Below, piece after piece: positions 37,551-50,839 of a stretch of DNA of 64,000 nt. The DNA lies in assembly GCF_004010195.1 (NCBI RefSeq), contig NC_057728.1, positions 45,293,419 through 45,357,418 of the forward strand. Reading direction: 5' to 3'. The DNA comes from Chiloscyllium plagiosum. Taxonomy: Eukaryota. The translations under genes were made by a program, and so were the position numbers. Position 1 is the stretch's first letter. Each line of letters opens with the position of its first letter. The notes beneath the pieces are model-generated. The model was not told the DNA's origin. It saw nothing but the letters and a program-made list of their open reading frames with translations, and did no database searches.

Positions 37551-40500
37551 CTGCTGCTCGCACTGGAAATTAGTTGTGAATTTCACTGTTTGTTAATTTT
37601 CCCAGATGCACTCCCATGTCCAGTGATACTGAATTCAAACAGCAAAGGGAGTAACTGCAAAGGTGCACTGCTGTATTAGTTAGCAGTATGGGTTTCTTTT
37701 TCTCTCTCTCTCCTGCACTGACCTCACCATGTACTGCTTTTGTCTGTTCCTCTCCCTTTTAAAAGGGCTGTTGTTCTGACCTTTTTTCTCCAAAGTTCCA
37801 AAACAATGCAACAGCATATAAAACTACTTTTGGAATTTTGAGGAAATCGCCTCCAACACCTAAAATACCTCAAAGACAAAGGAGCAGCCTGTTACAGCCA
37901 GAAATTTTTCCCATCCTCCATCTTGGATTATCCAGACTCCCCTTTCCTGCAGGATTAGAGTAGAAATGGATACATTCTCAGCTTGGACTGACATGAACCA
38001 TGAATCTCCTCCCATTTACTCTCGTAATGAGTTTCAGCAAAATTAACAAATTTGTCAAAGAATTAAAGATATGCAGCTAAGATATCTCACTTTTATTCAG
38101 ATATAATGGCACAATTAAAGTGATTAATTTTTTAACGATATAAACGTTTGGATGTATCGTGAACAAACTGTAATGAGTACCGATAGACTTAGTACCTGTG
38201 TGAATGAATGAATGAATGAATCAAAATGTGCTGTAGTAATCCAAGTGGGCTAAGTAGAGTTATGAATGAATGAATGAAGAGAGAAGCAATATAGTAAACA
38301 AAGAGCAATGACTAGAGTTACTGGTCTGAATGAATGAATGCGATTTTGTTTAAGTGGGTTATTGGGAACATGCAGTTTCCTTTGTAAGCGGTTTATAGTG
38401 CAATATAGTAGGTTCGACTTTTACACAAGATATATAGAAAATACAAGATTTTGTGGCCAAAGTTAAGGGGTCGACTTTTACATGAGACTGACTTTTACAG
38501 GAATATATACAGTAAGGATATTGTCAGAAAGTTTTAACAGATTTGGTGTTCCTCAACAGTAAAAGAATTTTTTCAGTAAGAACTAGTGCTGAGTGTATAT
38601 TGCTTGCAAGAAAAATGTGACTTTGGATCAATGGTTCCAAAGGTCTCCTCTATTGGATCTGTTATAGACTAATTAAAAGAGTTTGATTGCTATAATTTGT
38701 CAACAACACAATTATCAATAGCAAATTACTTATGTTGTATGGAGCCTTTAGTGTATAAGTATCATTGTGCCATGCAGTCACCAGGATGATAGATAGCAAA
38801 ACACAAAAACATTAATTAATTTATGCTACAGAAGGGGATCATTCATCCCATTGTACCTGTGCCAGCTGAATAAAAGCTGTACAGCTTGGTTCCATTTTCT
38901 AGCTCTTGATCCTGCAGGCGATGGCCTATTTCTATATTTGTAAATATGCTGAGAGTTTCTGCCCCCAATACCCTTTGCAGGCAGTGAGTTTCAAACTCCA
39001 CCACATTCTAAATGAAGTAAGATTCTCCTTAATTTCTCACTCTGCCAATTACTTTAAATTTATGCCCCTTTGTTATTGCCCTGTCTGCTAATGGAAATAA
39101 GTCCTCACTATTGACTCGACCTTGGCCTGTGTCCCAGCTAAAGAAAATATCCTTTACCTTCTTTACCTTCTTATCTATCTGTCCTACAACCTTCGGGGAT
39201 TTGTGAATGTATACTCCAAAGTCCCTCTATTTCTCCGTATTCTACCATTTTTTTGTGCATTTCCTTGTCTTTGTTTGTCTTCTACAACTGCAATGTCTTG
39301 TAATTCTCCAAAGTGAATTCCATTTGCTGCTTTCCTGCCTCATCAGTCCATTAATATGTTCTTGCAGTCTATAGATTTCTCCATCATTTCAACCGCACAA
39401 CCATTTTTGTGATATCTTTAAACATTTTAATTGTGCTCAGTGTGTACAAGTCGAAGTCACAAAAACCTAGAGAAACCCAGCAGGTTTGGCAACATCTGCA
39501 GAGAGAAAAACAAAATTAATCTATTCCGGTATAACTCTTCTTCAGAACAGGACCCAATACTAAATCCTCCAAAAAGCCACTATAATTGACCTTCAAGTTA
39601 CAAAAATACTCTGAACATTACTCTCTGCTCCTTATACTAAACCAATGTTTGTTCCAGTATGCTCCTTGTCTTTTAGATCATTCAATCTCAAGGTTCTTAC
39701 ATTTTTAACCAAAGTTTTCTGTGGGATCTTGTGAAAAGCCTTGTCAAATTAATGTAAACTACAACAAATATATTACCCTCCTTATTACCTCTTGAAAAAA
39801 TTGATCAAGTTAAATTCAGCACAGAAAATGATGGAGAAATTCAACAGTTCTGAGAGCATTTGTACCCAGAGAAACATAATTAACATTTCAAGTCTTCCTC
39901 AGACTTTTCTTTAATGTGATAATCCTGACAAGGCCCATGGGGAGTAATTTAATTAATTTTCCCCCGGAACCTGGCGAGTATGAGTTTCTTTGGTAACTGG
40001 CCTGTCCAGAAAGAACTCATCACCTGAGCCCTTTATAAAGCAGACCCAGCTGCCCCTCTCCCATGATTATGTTGGTGCCTGGGTGTCCTTGGACAGGGAG
40101 CACATGGTGTCCATCAATGCTGTCAATGCCTTTAGAGAGGTGGGCATCAGATTGCTTTACTTCGCCCTCCAATTCCATTTTGACTTAGCCCCTTCCTGCT
40201 TTACCCCCCACCCACTTCACTTTTGATGGCTCGCAATACCCAAAATGAGCTTTACACGTATAATTACTGATTGGCTGCACGGGTGACTACAGCAATGGTT
40301 AATAGTTAAAAGCGAAAAATAAATTCATGGTGGTTTGGTGATAGGAAAGTAATTTGGTTGTGTCTGATAGCACTTCCAGATGTATAAAAAATATCAGACC
40401 CAAAAGGCTGTTGTGGCACACTGGTGGTATCCCTAACTCTAGACAAGGAAGTGCAGTCCCTTCCTGTTCCAGAGGTTTGTGATAACATCTCTGAACAGGT

Positions 40501-41719
40501 TGATTAAGAATATCTATTAAGTAGACCAAGAAGAGCTCCAAGAATGTAGTGGTAGTGTCCCTTCTGCTGAACCAGGAGACCTGGGTTCAGGTCCTATTTG
40601 CTTCAAAGGAGTTTTTAAAAAATCTCGGAACAGGTTGATTAGAAAATATAAAGCAGACCCAGGGATGGATCTGCAGAACTATCGGTCCCAGGCTGGAACT
40701 AGCCAATTCAAGAGTGTGGTGCTAGAAAAGCACAGCAAGTCAGGCAGCATCCGAAAGGCAAGAGAACCGATGTTTCAGGCATAAGCCCTACATCAGGACC
40801 TAGCCGCTGTATGCCACGAGTAGTGGCTCTATTTTAATGTTCAACAATAAACCCCAGCTGGGCTTTTTGAGTTCTAACACGTAACAAGTTCTTGCTTACA
40901 TTGCATGGTTAATCTGTGCCTTTCTAAATTATGACTTACAGTTTCACCTCAATTTTCTTTCAATAATCTATTCACCAATGATGTTATGGTGACCATCACA
41001 TAACCACTTCCTCCACTTATAAGCACTGGCACAGGATGAGTAGTCTTCCAGTTCTCTGGCACCATGACTTAGCCAAACAGGATTAGAAAATTGCAGTTAG
41101 AGTCCACTATTTGCTTCATCTGAGATAAATTATGCCAAGTTCATGCAATTTATTCACTTCTAAGTGTGCTAAACTCCTGAACATTTCCTCTCAATATGTT
41201 AATGCTATCCAATATTTCATATTCCCCCTTCCCTAAAATACTGCCTCACCCCTCTTTTGAAAGACAGGTATGAAGTGTTTCATTAAGAACTATGCCCACT
41301 TTTATGCTCTTTATATATATTTGGAACATTTTCTTTGTTTTTTCTCTTTAATCTTTCATGGAATTTGGGCACAGCTAGCATTTCCATCATTTTCCTTGAC
41401 CTAGTTTGCTAAGTCATGTCAACCACAATGCTATGAGTCTGGAGTCATTTATAGACCAGACCACAAAAGGACAGCAGATTTTCCTCCATCATGTATATTT
41501 CCAAGTGAAAAACACAAAATGTCTCTACAATTTGGAACATAATCTGCAGAGGGTGGATTGCAGTTGAGCAGAGGATATCAGCCCCTTATTGTCTTTGTAA
41601 TCACAAGGTGACAATAACAAACCCGCAGTTTGTCTATTATACTGAGCTGGGAAAAACAAAAATTCAAGAGCTAAATACCTATTAGCTGCAAACTGATGCC
41701 AAATTTGGGTTCCTGATCT

Positions 41720-42425
41720 CTTTAAAGTCTTGGTTTAAACATGGATAAAACAGCTGAATTGCACAGGTAATGTGAGAGTGACAAACCTTGACATTAAGGC
41801 CACATTTGACTGAGTGTGACATCAAGGAGCCGAGTAAAACTGGAATTAATGGGAAGCAGGGGGCAAAATCTCCCTGGTTGGAATCATACCCAGCACGAAG
41901 GAAGATGGTTTTGGTTGTTGGAGGTCAGTCATCTCGGTACCAGGACATCTCTGCAGGAGTTCCTCAGTGTAATGTCTTAGGTTCAACCACTTTCATCTGC
42001 CTCATCAATGACCTTCCCTCGATTATAAAATCGGAAAATGGGGAATGTTCGCTGATGTTTGTACAATATTCAGCACCATTCACGACTCCTCTCAAATGTT
42101 CAAATGCAACAAGATCTGAACAATATCCAGGCTTGGGTTGACAAGTGGCAAGTAACATTCGTGCCACATAAGTGCAAGGCAATGACCACCATCAACCACC
42201 ATCCCTTGACGTACAATGGTGTTACCCCAGTATCAATATCTTGGGGGTTACATTGACAAGTAATTCAGATGGACTGGCTTCTTAAACACAGTGGATTCAA
42301 GAGCAAGTCAGAAGCTAGTAAGTCACCACCTATCTCCCCAGAGCCTATCCATCATTTACAAGGCACAAGTCAGGAGTGTGATGGAATATCTCCACTTGCC
42401 TGTTTGGGTGCAACTCTAACAACAC
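41720..42425 (+). mobile_element. Degenerate LINE RT fragment (CR1/L2 group)
   Basis: ISAGVPQCNVLGSTTFICLINDLPS and QQDLNNIQAWVDKWQVTF motifs. Related fragments at about 10390-10920 and 63400-63680. Confidence 0.75.
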
Positions 42426-45400
42426 TCTTGATCTATTTTTATCCTTTCTAAGAGCTATGCTAAATCTAGCAGTATTATCAAAAGTGTCACCAAAAATGTT
42501 GCACTGCTGATGTGTCTTGCACCTGTCCATCTTAATTTTCTATAATATCCAGAATTATTCCTTGCCACAAACTGGCCTAAAATTTTGATCTGAGTGCATT
42601 TGAAGAGTTTTGTGCCCTTTATACCTTTAAAATTGACTTTATCAGCAACTAATACTACCACCCTATTGTTTCTGCACTTCTCAGCAATTTATTGACAAGT
42701 TTGATCATCCAGCCCCCTTTTACTTCTTTGACATCTATAGTATACTTCCAACCATGTGGTTGTTTCTCATTTCAATCCATGTTTCAACCTCTAGTATTCA
42801 ATCTTATCTCTCAGTTATGATTGTTTCTTTAATCATTATAGCAATACTGCCATTTTAACACCTCCTTTATCCAGTCCGCAAATCCTGTAACCAAAAATGC
42901 TGGTTTGCCATTTCTACATTTTAAATGAACTAGATGGATCTTGGTGATTAATCACATAGCAGTTCCTATTAACATCAAATGGATTCCTTTATAAATATTA
43001 TTTGATTTTCTCAAAAAATTAAAGACATTTTTGCTGTTTAATAATTTTTTAAAAAATCTTGTTAGTCCTCCATATGTCTATTAATGAGTATTATTTTTTT
43101 TCTTGGTCTTGAAACTTCCTTCCTATTCTTTCTGATTTGCAGCGTACAGTTGCTTAATTAACCCCTTTCTCCTACTGAACATATGTGTTACACTATTCTC
43201 CCTCCCAGGCCGATCACTATCTAGTCCTTTGTCTATCTGTTCTTCACTATCTTTGGGCTCCATCTCCACCTATTGTTTACTCCTTCCCCCCTCCTCCATC
43301 CTATCTTCAACATAAAACCAACACTTTCCTAGCTTCTGAAGAAGGTCTATCGAACCTGAAACTTTAACTCTGATTTCCCTCAACAGCTGCTGCCAGATCT
43401 GCTGAGCCTTTTCAGGAGTTTCTGTTTATGTTTCTGATTGCCAGCATCTGCACTTTTTTTTTATTTAGGTGTTATGTTATTTATCCTCCTGTCAAATCTA
43501 TTTTAATTATTCTGTCTCTTGTATCTCTTTAAACAAAGGCAAAACATCCCTGCATTCTCCAGAAGAATGCTGTTTTCATCACAAGTTAGATCTACCCTTT
43601 CATTAATCAACCATTTACATTTTATGTTGATAAAATCCTTTGTTTTTCTTTCACTTAACCCACCATTTTTTTTCTTTTAGTCTCTCTTCAAATTGTATAC
43701 TTGTTTTGGCTTCACCTGTGTACTTTCAATCTAAACCTTGTCTACTGTTACTAAACATCAGTTTTGATCTTTGCATTTTGATGTCATCCTGGGCTTTGCT
43801 AGCCCTTTGGTTTAGCTTAATTCGAGCGGGAACATTGAGAGTGATGGGTAGCATTTGAACCACTGTACATTTCTGGGGCTAGATTTTCCAATTGACAGTG
43901 GAAGTGAGATCGTGTGTAGATAGAATTTGACAATCATGTTCCCAGAATGCACATTGGATCCCACAATCTTCAGATTCTTTCTTCAATGGGACAGTGGGTG
44001 TATGATTGGAAGTTGGAAACCCACATGCTTCCAGTTATTTTTAATCAACCAGTTCAGATGTATAACAACACAAATTCTAGGTTGGTGGGACCTGAATCTC
44101 AGCCTCTTGGTTTAATGGTATGGACACTACCACTGTTCCACAGGAACTCCACATGAATGCTTCCAATTTATGTACATTTTGACCATGTTTATTAGCTCAT
44201 TAATGGGCCTCAAAGGAAGCATTTGGCAGGAAATTTAAGATTTTGTTCTGACTTACTGTTACAACAAAATTAATCAATGACAAAACAAATGCATAAAACA
44301 TTACCCAGGTAATCATCAATTAAAATGAATGATGTGACACCTTATTGCTGATCTCTAGTCCAACAAGGTACTTTCTTCCTGTGGTTAATTATGAAGTGGA
44401 GGTAGCCTGCTTCATTATACCTGCATCTGATGGAACTGCCTGTGGATTGCATCTTTATCATGGTGCCCGTTGGGACTCACCTACAGGCGTTCACTGGCTT
44501 TACTGCAGAGGCAGTTTCAGTCACAGGACCTTGCAGCATAGATGGACTGAGGCAACATTGGGGTGGCCTCCTCAGCTTTTTCAGTGGCTCAGCATTCATG
44601 GTGTCCTTCTATACTGGATGATGCCACCAGTAAGAATGAATGCAGCTGGCTGGACAGAGAGAAAACAGCAGTGGGCTCTCTGGGCTTCACATCCACCTCT
44701 TGCTTACTTCCATCCTCTCTATCTTCAGCATATGTACCTTTCAGTTCTGAAGAAGGATTGCTGGACCTGAAACACACTCTCTGCTTTCTCTCCTTCGATA
44801 CTGCCAGACCTGCTGAGTTTCTCCAGTTGTTGCTTTTTTCCTTCACATTTCCGGCATCTGCAGTTTTATTTTTTGCTTACTTAGTGTTTTGCTTTCTGAG
44901 AAGGTGGTTAATCTTCAAATTACCAAGTCACGATTGAACATGTGCCACATGGACTCCTCCATTATCTGATATGGAGAGCAGTGTATACATTATGATTCAA
45001 AAGTTTGCTTTCTGTATTATTGATAAAAGCTGAAGTGTATCTGGCCTATTTTTTGTACCAAAAACAAGTAACAAGGGCCTCACCTGGATATTAATCCCCA
45101 CCCCACCCCACCCCCCCATTCCTACTCTCCCAGCACCAACCTGAGAACTTCTTTTGTTGGTGGTGCAGAGACCCAAAATTTGGATCTGCTTCTTTAAACA
45201 AACTCCTGGGGTTCACTTTGTTCAATTTTCTCTCTGAAGTAAAATAGTTGATAACTTTACTATTAAAGTTTAATTCTAAACATGCGCAAATTCATCATCC
45301 AGGTTGTTTATATACCATTTTCAAAAATGCTGACTGAAATGCAGATATACATTTTCTACTGGAAGAAAGGAATCTTTATAATTCGTACACCTATAAAAGC

Positions 45401-45679
45401 TACAGCAAGTATATAATAGGTACAGTGTTATATTGGAATGCTGCTTTCTGTTTCCTTTTCTTTCTCTGTCACATATTTAGTCTTGTAATTTACACATAGA
45501 TGCAACCTTTTTGGGTGGTACATTAGTTGTAATGAGTCATTCTGGATGGCATATCTTGAAGTGACTGAAACTTTCCCTCTTATGTCGAGACTCAGTTCAC
45601 TCTCAACTGTCATTAAAATCTAAAGTCCGGGTGGCAGGCTGCATAGATAAATGTGATCACACGGTGGGTATTCATTCGT

Positions 45680-46400
45680 AAATCCTGCCATCCACCTGGG
45701 CTGGGGCTCAAACAGGCTCTGGAAGCTGTGAAGTATGAATCATGAAAGCTCCCTGGGAAAGGAGCTCATACAGCAATGATTCTTTGCCTGTAGTCACAGA
45801 CTAATTGCACGTTTGAGGCCTTTGTGACTCAAAAATGCAACTGGCTGATCACTGTGGGCTCTAATGCCTGCGTGAGTGCAATCATGGAGGGAAATGAGCA
45901 GTCACCACTAAATCCAACACCTCACCATCTAACTCTCCTCATCTGTGAAATGATTGGCAAATTAATTCATAAGACTGGAGAAACCATTGGTCACCTTCAT
46001 AATCCATCTTTGTGTAATGTCCATGGAGCCCCAAAAAGCACCAGTGGCACAAATATTGAACACCACAGTCAGTTTGAAAGTAACTGGCATGGATTTGAAC
46101 CCATGTGAGTGCAGACTTGCCTGACAATTTCACATATTTCAATAACTACATCCTGGTGCAGACTCAGTGGTCTCTGGCATTGTCTCTCTGACAACAGGTA
46201 GTTAGCTTTTGTCCTGATGACATAGTGATGGGTCAGTGACCACATTCTATGATGCCTTACTTGAATATCTGCACTCTGAACATCTTCCTCTCCTAATGCT
46301 GCATGCAGCTGGAGTTGTGGGCTCTGTTGTTGGTCAGCAAATACCCCATTTTTTTGTTGCATCCTTATACTCTCTTCTCTTCTTCTGGATTTCATTCTTA
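45680..46400 (-). mobile_element. PIF/Harbinger transposase fossil
   Basis: Minus-strand remnants YLLSERQCQRPLSL..VVIEICEI, MPVTFKLTVVFNICATGAFWGS and NVQLVCDYRQRII..APFPGSFHDSY match HARBI1/DDE_Tnp_4-type motifs. Confidence 0.75.
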
Positions 46401-46964
46401 TTCTTCCATATTCATACCTCACTCAAGACCTTGTCTCGCAATTGCCTTTCCCAAGCCTGTCTACAAGCTGTCATTCTCCTGCTCCTTCCATGTGCTACAG
46501 AATTGAGCCAAAAAAGATTGTTGACCTGACACAACTGTTGCATGCCACCTTTAAACAAATGTAAATTTGTGCCACAGAATTCCTTTGTGGCATTGACTTG
46601 ATTGAAGTAATTATTTTATTGTAATGAAAATTGTATAATTTAAGTGCTTCATATAATGAATATTTATCCATGCAGATGAGTACATTGAGATGCTAATGGA
46701 CTATAACGTTTTAAAAGTGGGTGGTCATAAAAGATAACTAGTGTGTAATAACTGGTGTGGGTGATTAATGTCAATGAATGTATCTTCATGTGACATCATA
46801 TATACCTCCATACCCCCCAATCATTCATTTGCTCAGCAGCTCTCCCTCGCACATTGGACTTGCACCATATACCCAGATGCACCATCACATTCTCATACCT
46901 ACCAGTGCTCACCCAGCTCTCATTCCCTGTACTTATGATGTGTTGGTGTTGGTGCTGGTGCTGG

Positions 46965-47152
46965 ACTGATGTGGACAAGTCAGAGGTCACACAACACTAG
47001 GTTATCATCCAAGGTTATCATCCAAGGTTATAGTCCAACAGGTTTAATTGAAAGCACAAGCTTTCGGATCACTGCTCCTTCGTCAGGTGACCTGATGAAG
47101 GGGCAGTGCTCTGAAAGCTTGTGATTAGTGCTATGTGACATCTGACTTTGCC
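46965..47152. mobile_element. Penelope-like palindromic pLTR of a second family, with hammerhead cores on both strands
   Basis: Plus strand CTGATGA-AGGGGCAGTGCTCT-GAAAGCTT (47092-47120); minus strand CTGACGA-AGGAGCAGTGATCC-GAAAGCTT (47058-47086). Confidence 0.65.
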
Positions 47153-48079
47153 CCTTATCTTATATTCACCTATTTAACTGTAGCAAACACAACATGCAAA
47201 CAGGATGTAGGAGCAAATTACTGCAGATGCTGGAATCTGTACTGAAAACAAAAAATGCTGGAAACTTCAGGGGGTTAAAATACAAACAATTGATTCTGCC
47301 TCTGTCTTGTAACAGATGGAGCAGAGCAGAGAACAGGAATGCCTCCTTTTTTCTGAGAACAGAGGAAATAGCTCTCATCATTGAAGTATTAGCTGTGAAG
47401 AAATCCATTACATTCAACATCACAAAGAACTTTGAAGATGATTGTCATGAAGATATGCCTTCTTGTCAAATAATGATTTTAATCCACCACTGAAAACACG
47501 AATTGAACTTTCTAAAAGCAGATCTTTTGAAAATAGAAACAAAACTCATTTGAGTTCACAGCTGAGATGGCAACATAGTTTGCATTGTTCCACAGTCCAA
47601 TCTAATAGAGATGACATGCCTACAAAAGCCCATGAAAGACAATGACCTGATTGAAATATGAATGAACCATATTTCCTATTCCATTAGGAAAACAGTTTAG
47701 ATTCTCAACTAGGTGGAGACAAGCCATTCAATTCTAACAACTTCAACGATGGGACCTTGGCTCAAAAGGGGAATTCTGAGACCTGAGCTAATCAAGTTAC
47801 AAATTAATACGTGATCATATTTTAATGTCTGGTCAGTTGGAAAGTATATTCGTACAACACTTTTGATGTTTTAAACACATACTTTCTCAACAAAACTGTC
47901 TCGCACCAACTTGATGGTGTGAAGTCCCTCTCTGCTATTATCTCTCTCCAGGTACATCACACAGAAAAATTAAAGGAGAAACTGAACTCCATAGCTTTGT
48001 CTCCAGAAGAACAGTTGCATTGTCCATGCGCAGTTTTAAATTGTCTCAATGCTGAAAGTAGAAGATCGCTAAGCAAAAG

Positions 48080-50048
48080 CAGCAAGGCTCTTTGGGAGGG
48101 TTTAAGCAGGGGAATGGGAACCTAAATTGTAGTTCGTGTCCAGGAGATTGAGAGTAGTGAAGTCAGAAATATGGTTTAATGGTCACAAGAGTGCACCAGC
48201 AAGCAGGAAGGTGGTTTGGGGTGTGTCTATTTCAATGGCAGGAGCATCTGGAACAAAGTGGGTGAACCTGTACCTGGGACTTCAACATAGTGGCCATTTC
48301 GGAGACATGGATAGATCAGAGACAGGAATGGTTGTTGCAGGTTCTGGGATTTATGTGTTTCAGTAAGAACAGAGAAGATGGTAAAAGAGGGGAAGTTGTG
48401 GCGTTGTTAATCAAGGGTAGTATTGCAGTGGCAGAAAGGACATTTGAGGACTTGTCTATTGAGGTAGTATGGGTGAAAAACAGGAAAGGAGAGATCACCC
48501 TGTTGGGAGACTCCTATAGACATCCGAATAGTTCCAGACATGTAGAGGAAAGGATAGCAAAGATGATTCTCAATAGGAGCAAGAGTAATAGAGTAGATGT
48601 TGTGGAGGACTTTAACTTTCCAAATATTGACTGGAAATACTATAGTTTGAGTAGATGGGTTAGTTTTTGTACAATGTGTGCAGGATGGTTTCCTGACACA
48701 GTATGTAGACAGGCCAGCAAGTGGCGAGGTCACCTTGGATTTGGTACTGGATAATGAACCTGGCCAGGTATTACATTTGGAGGTAGGTGAACACTTTGGT
48801 GATAGTGACCACAATTCAGTTATGTTTACTTTAGTGATGGAAAGGGGTAGGTATATGCCGCAGGGCAAGAGTGATAGCTAGGGGAAAGACAATTATGATG
48901 TGATTAGGCAAGATTTAGGATGGGGAAGGAAACTGCAGGGGGTGGGCACAATTAAAATGTGGAGCTTATTCAAGGAACAGCTATTTTGTGTCCTTAATAA
49001 GTATGTATCTGTCAGGCAGGGAGGAAGTGGTCGAGTGAGGGAGCTGTGGTTTACGAAAGAAGTTGAATCTCTTCCCAAGAGGAAGAAGAAGGCATATGTT
49101 ATGATGAGACGTGAAGGCTCAGTTAGGGCGTTTGAGAGTTACAGATTAGCCAGGAAAGACCTAAAGAGAGAACTAAGAAGAACGAGGAGGGGCCATAGAA
49201 TTGTTGGCAGCTAGGATGAAGGAAAACCCTAAAGCTTTCTATCAGTATATCAGGAATGAAAAAATGACTAGAGTAAGATTAGGGTCTAGATTAGACTGGT
49301 GCTGGAAAAGTACAGCAGATCAGGCAGCAAGCTAGGAGTAGGAAAATCGACATTTCGGGCAAAAGCACTTCCCAATCAAGGACAGCAGTGGGAAGCTGTG
49401 TGGAGTCAGAGGAGATAGGAGAAGCGTTATATGAATTAAACACTGGAAAAAGACAGTGTTGTCAAGGAGAACACTGTGATACAGACTACTAAACTGGATG
49501 GGATTGAGTTTCACAAAGAAGAGGTGTTAGCAATTCTGGAAATAGTGAAAATAGGTAAGTCCCCTTGGCTGGGATTTATCTTAGGATTCTCTGGGAAGCA
49601 AGGGAGGAGATTGCAGAGTCTTTGGCTATGGTCTTTATGTTGTCATTGTCTACAGGGATAGTGCCAGAAGACTGGAGGATAGCAAATATTGTCCCTTGTT
49701 CACGAAGGGGTGTAGAGACCCTCCTAATTATAGACCAGTGAGCCTTATTTCGGTTGTGGGTAAAGTGTTGGAAAAGGTTATAAGAGGCAGGTGAACATTA
49801 CATTTGTTATAAGAGGCAGGATTTCTAATCATCTGGAAAGGAATAAGTTGATTAGAGATAGTCAACTTGGTTTTGTGAAGGGTAGTACTGTTACACAACT
49901 TTAAGGGTATTTAAATGGTTCTAGGATAAACATATGGATGAAAATGGAATAGTGTAGGATAGATAGGCTTCAGATTGGTTCCACGGGTCAGCGCCACATT
50001 GAGGGCCAAAGGGCTTGTACTGGGCTGTCATGTTCTATGTTCTATGAT
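48080..50048 (+). mobile_element. CR1 LINE (endonuclease to start of RT, internal deletion, 3' tail) with a PLE pLTR inserted at about 49295-49372
   Basis: AISETW, DFNFPNIDW, LDLVL, GDSDHNSV and NYRPVSL motifs; tgttctatgttctatg tail. Confidence 0.9.
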
Positions 50049-50722
50049 TCAGCTTGAAGCTAGCCTAGTTACTAAGTTACAAACTGTTAATTCCTTTAAC
50101 ATTTAGAGATTATAATTTTACTGATTCATCCTTCCCCACTCTCTAAGCTGTATTTGTGCGTGAGAGAGAAAATCTGAGCAAGTTTTACTCTTTTACTTAG
50201 ATCAGTTTTAACATAATAAAACAATTTAGCTTTACTATAAAGCTTGAGTTCCTATGTTCTTTAGTTAAAATGTTTATTTCAACAAATTGTACAAGGAATA
50301 TGAAAGAAAGAAGTTTCTCAAGAACATTTTTATTTCATAATTTAGGTACATGAAATCTATGAAACCAATTAAAAAGATTTATCCTAAATATTCCTCAGCT
50401 CTTTTGTACTTTATTCTTGCCTTTGCTATCAACTATAATGAGTTTTGAAAGAATTGTACAATAATTAAAAAATTTCAGCCTGTGATGCTGGGATTGTAAC
50501 ATTCCCTACAGCCTATAGACAAGGTGATGGAATCCTTATGGCATTTTAAAAGTACTGTCCTTTACTCACTTATGTCTCAAAATTATTATATTATTGTTCT
50601 GCAAAATAGATAATCCCATGTTCAGTTTGACGCAAATGCTATCATTCTTTTGTTTTCAGATTATTTATATTTCATCACTTCAATTTTTTTTAACAATTAA
50701 ATGCATTGTGAATTTAATTTAG

Positions 50723-50839
50723 GCACATTGGCGGGGCTGTCTCCTACGAAAGAAGTTGTCTCATGCTTTAGCAGCTGTTCAAACTGAGGAAGAGGATGTC
50801 TTTGAAGAAGTTGATTTGAGTGAATTTACATTTGATGAG
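50723..50839 (+). CDS. LRRIQ1: LRRIQ1 exon (completes IQ motif; acidic segment)
   Basis: Acceptor tttag|, donor GAG|gtaaat; 117 bp. Encodes AHWRGCLLRKKLSHALAAVQTEEEDVFEEVDLSEFTFDE, completing IQ|AHWRG. Too short for the ORF track. Confidence 0.92.

Larger units (their letters stand above)
32246..38512. mobile_element. Tc2/pogo-like DNA transposon (TIR pair) containing nested insertions
   Basis: Left CCGTATATATTGTGTAAAAGTCA (32246-32268) matches the reverse complement of 38489-38512, CTGTATATATTCCTGTAAAAGTCA. TA follows the right end, with subterminal gtcgacttttaca repeats. Confidence 0.6.

Noticed and set aside
38200..38340. (GAAT)n runs as a functional array
   Set aside because: Short microsatellites inside a transposon remnant.
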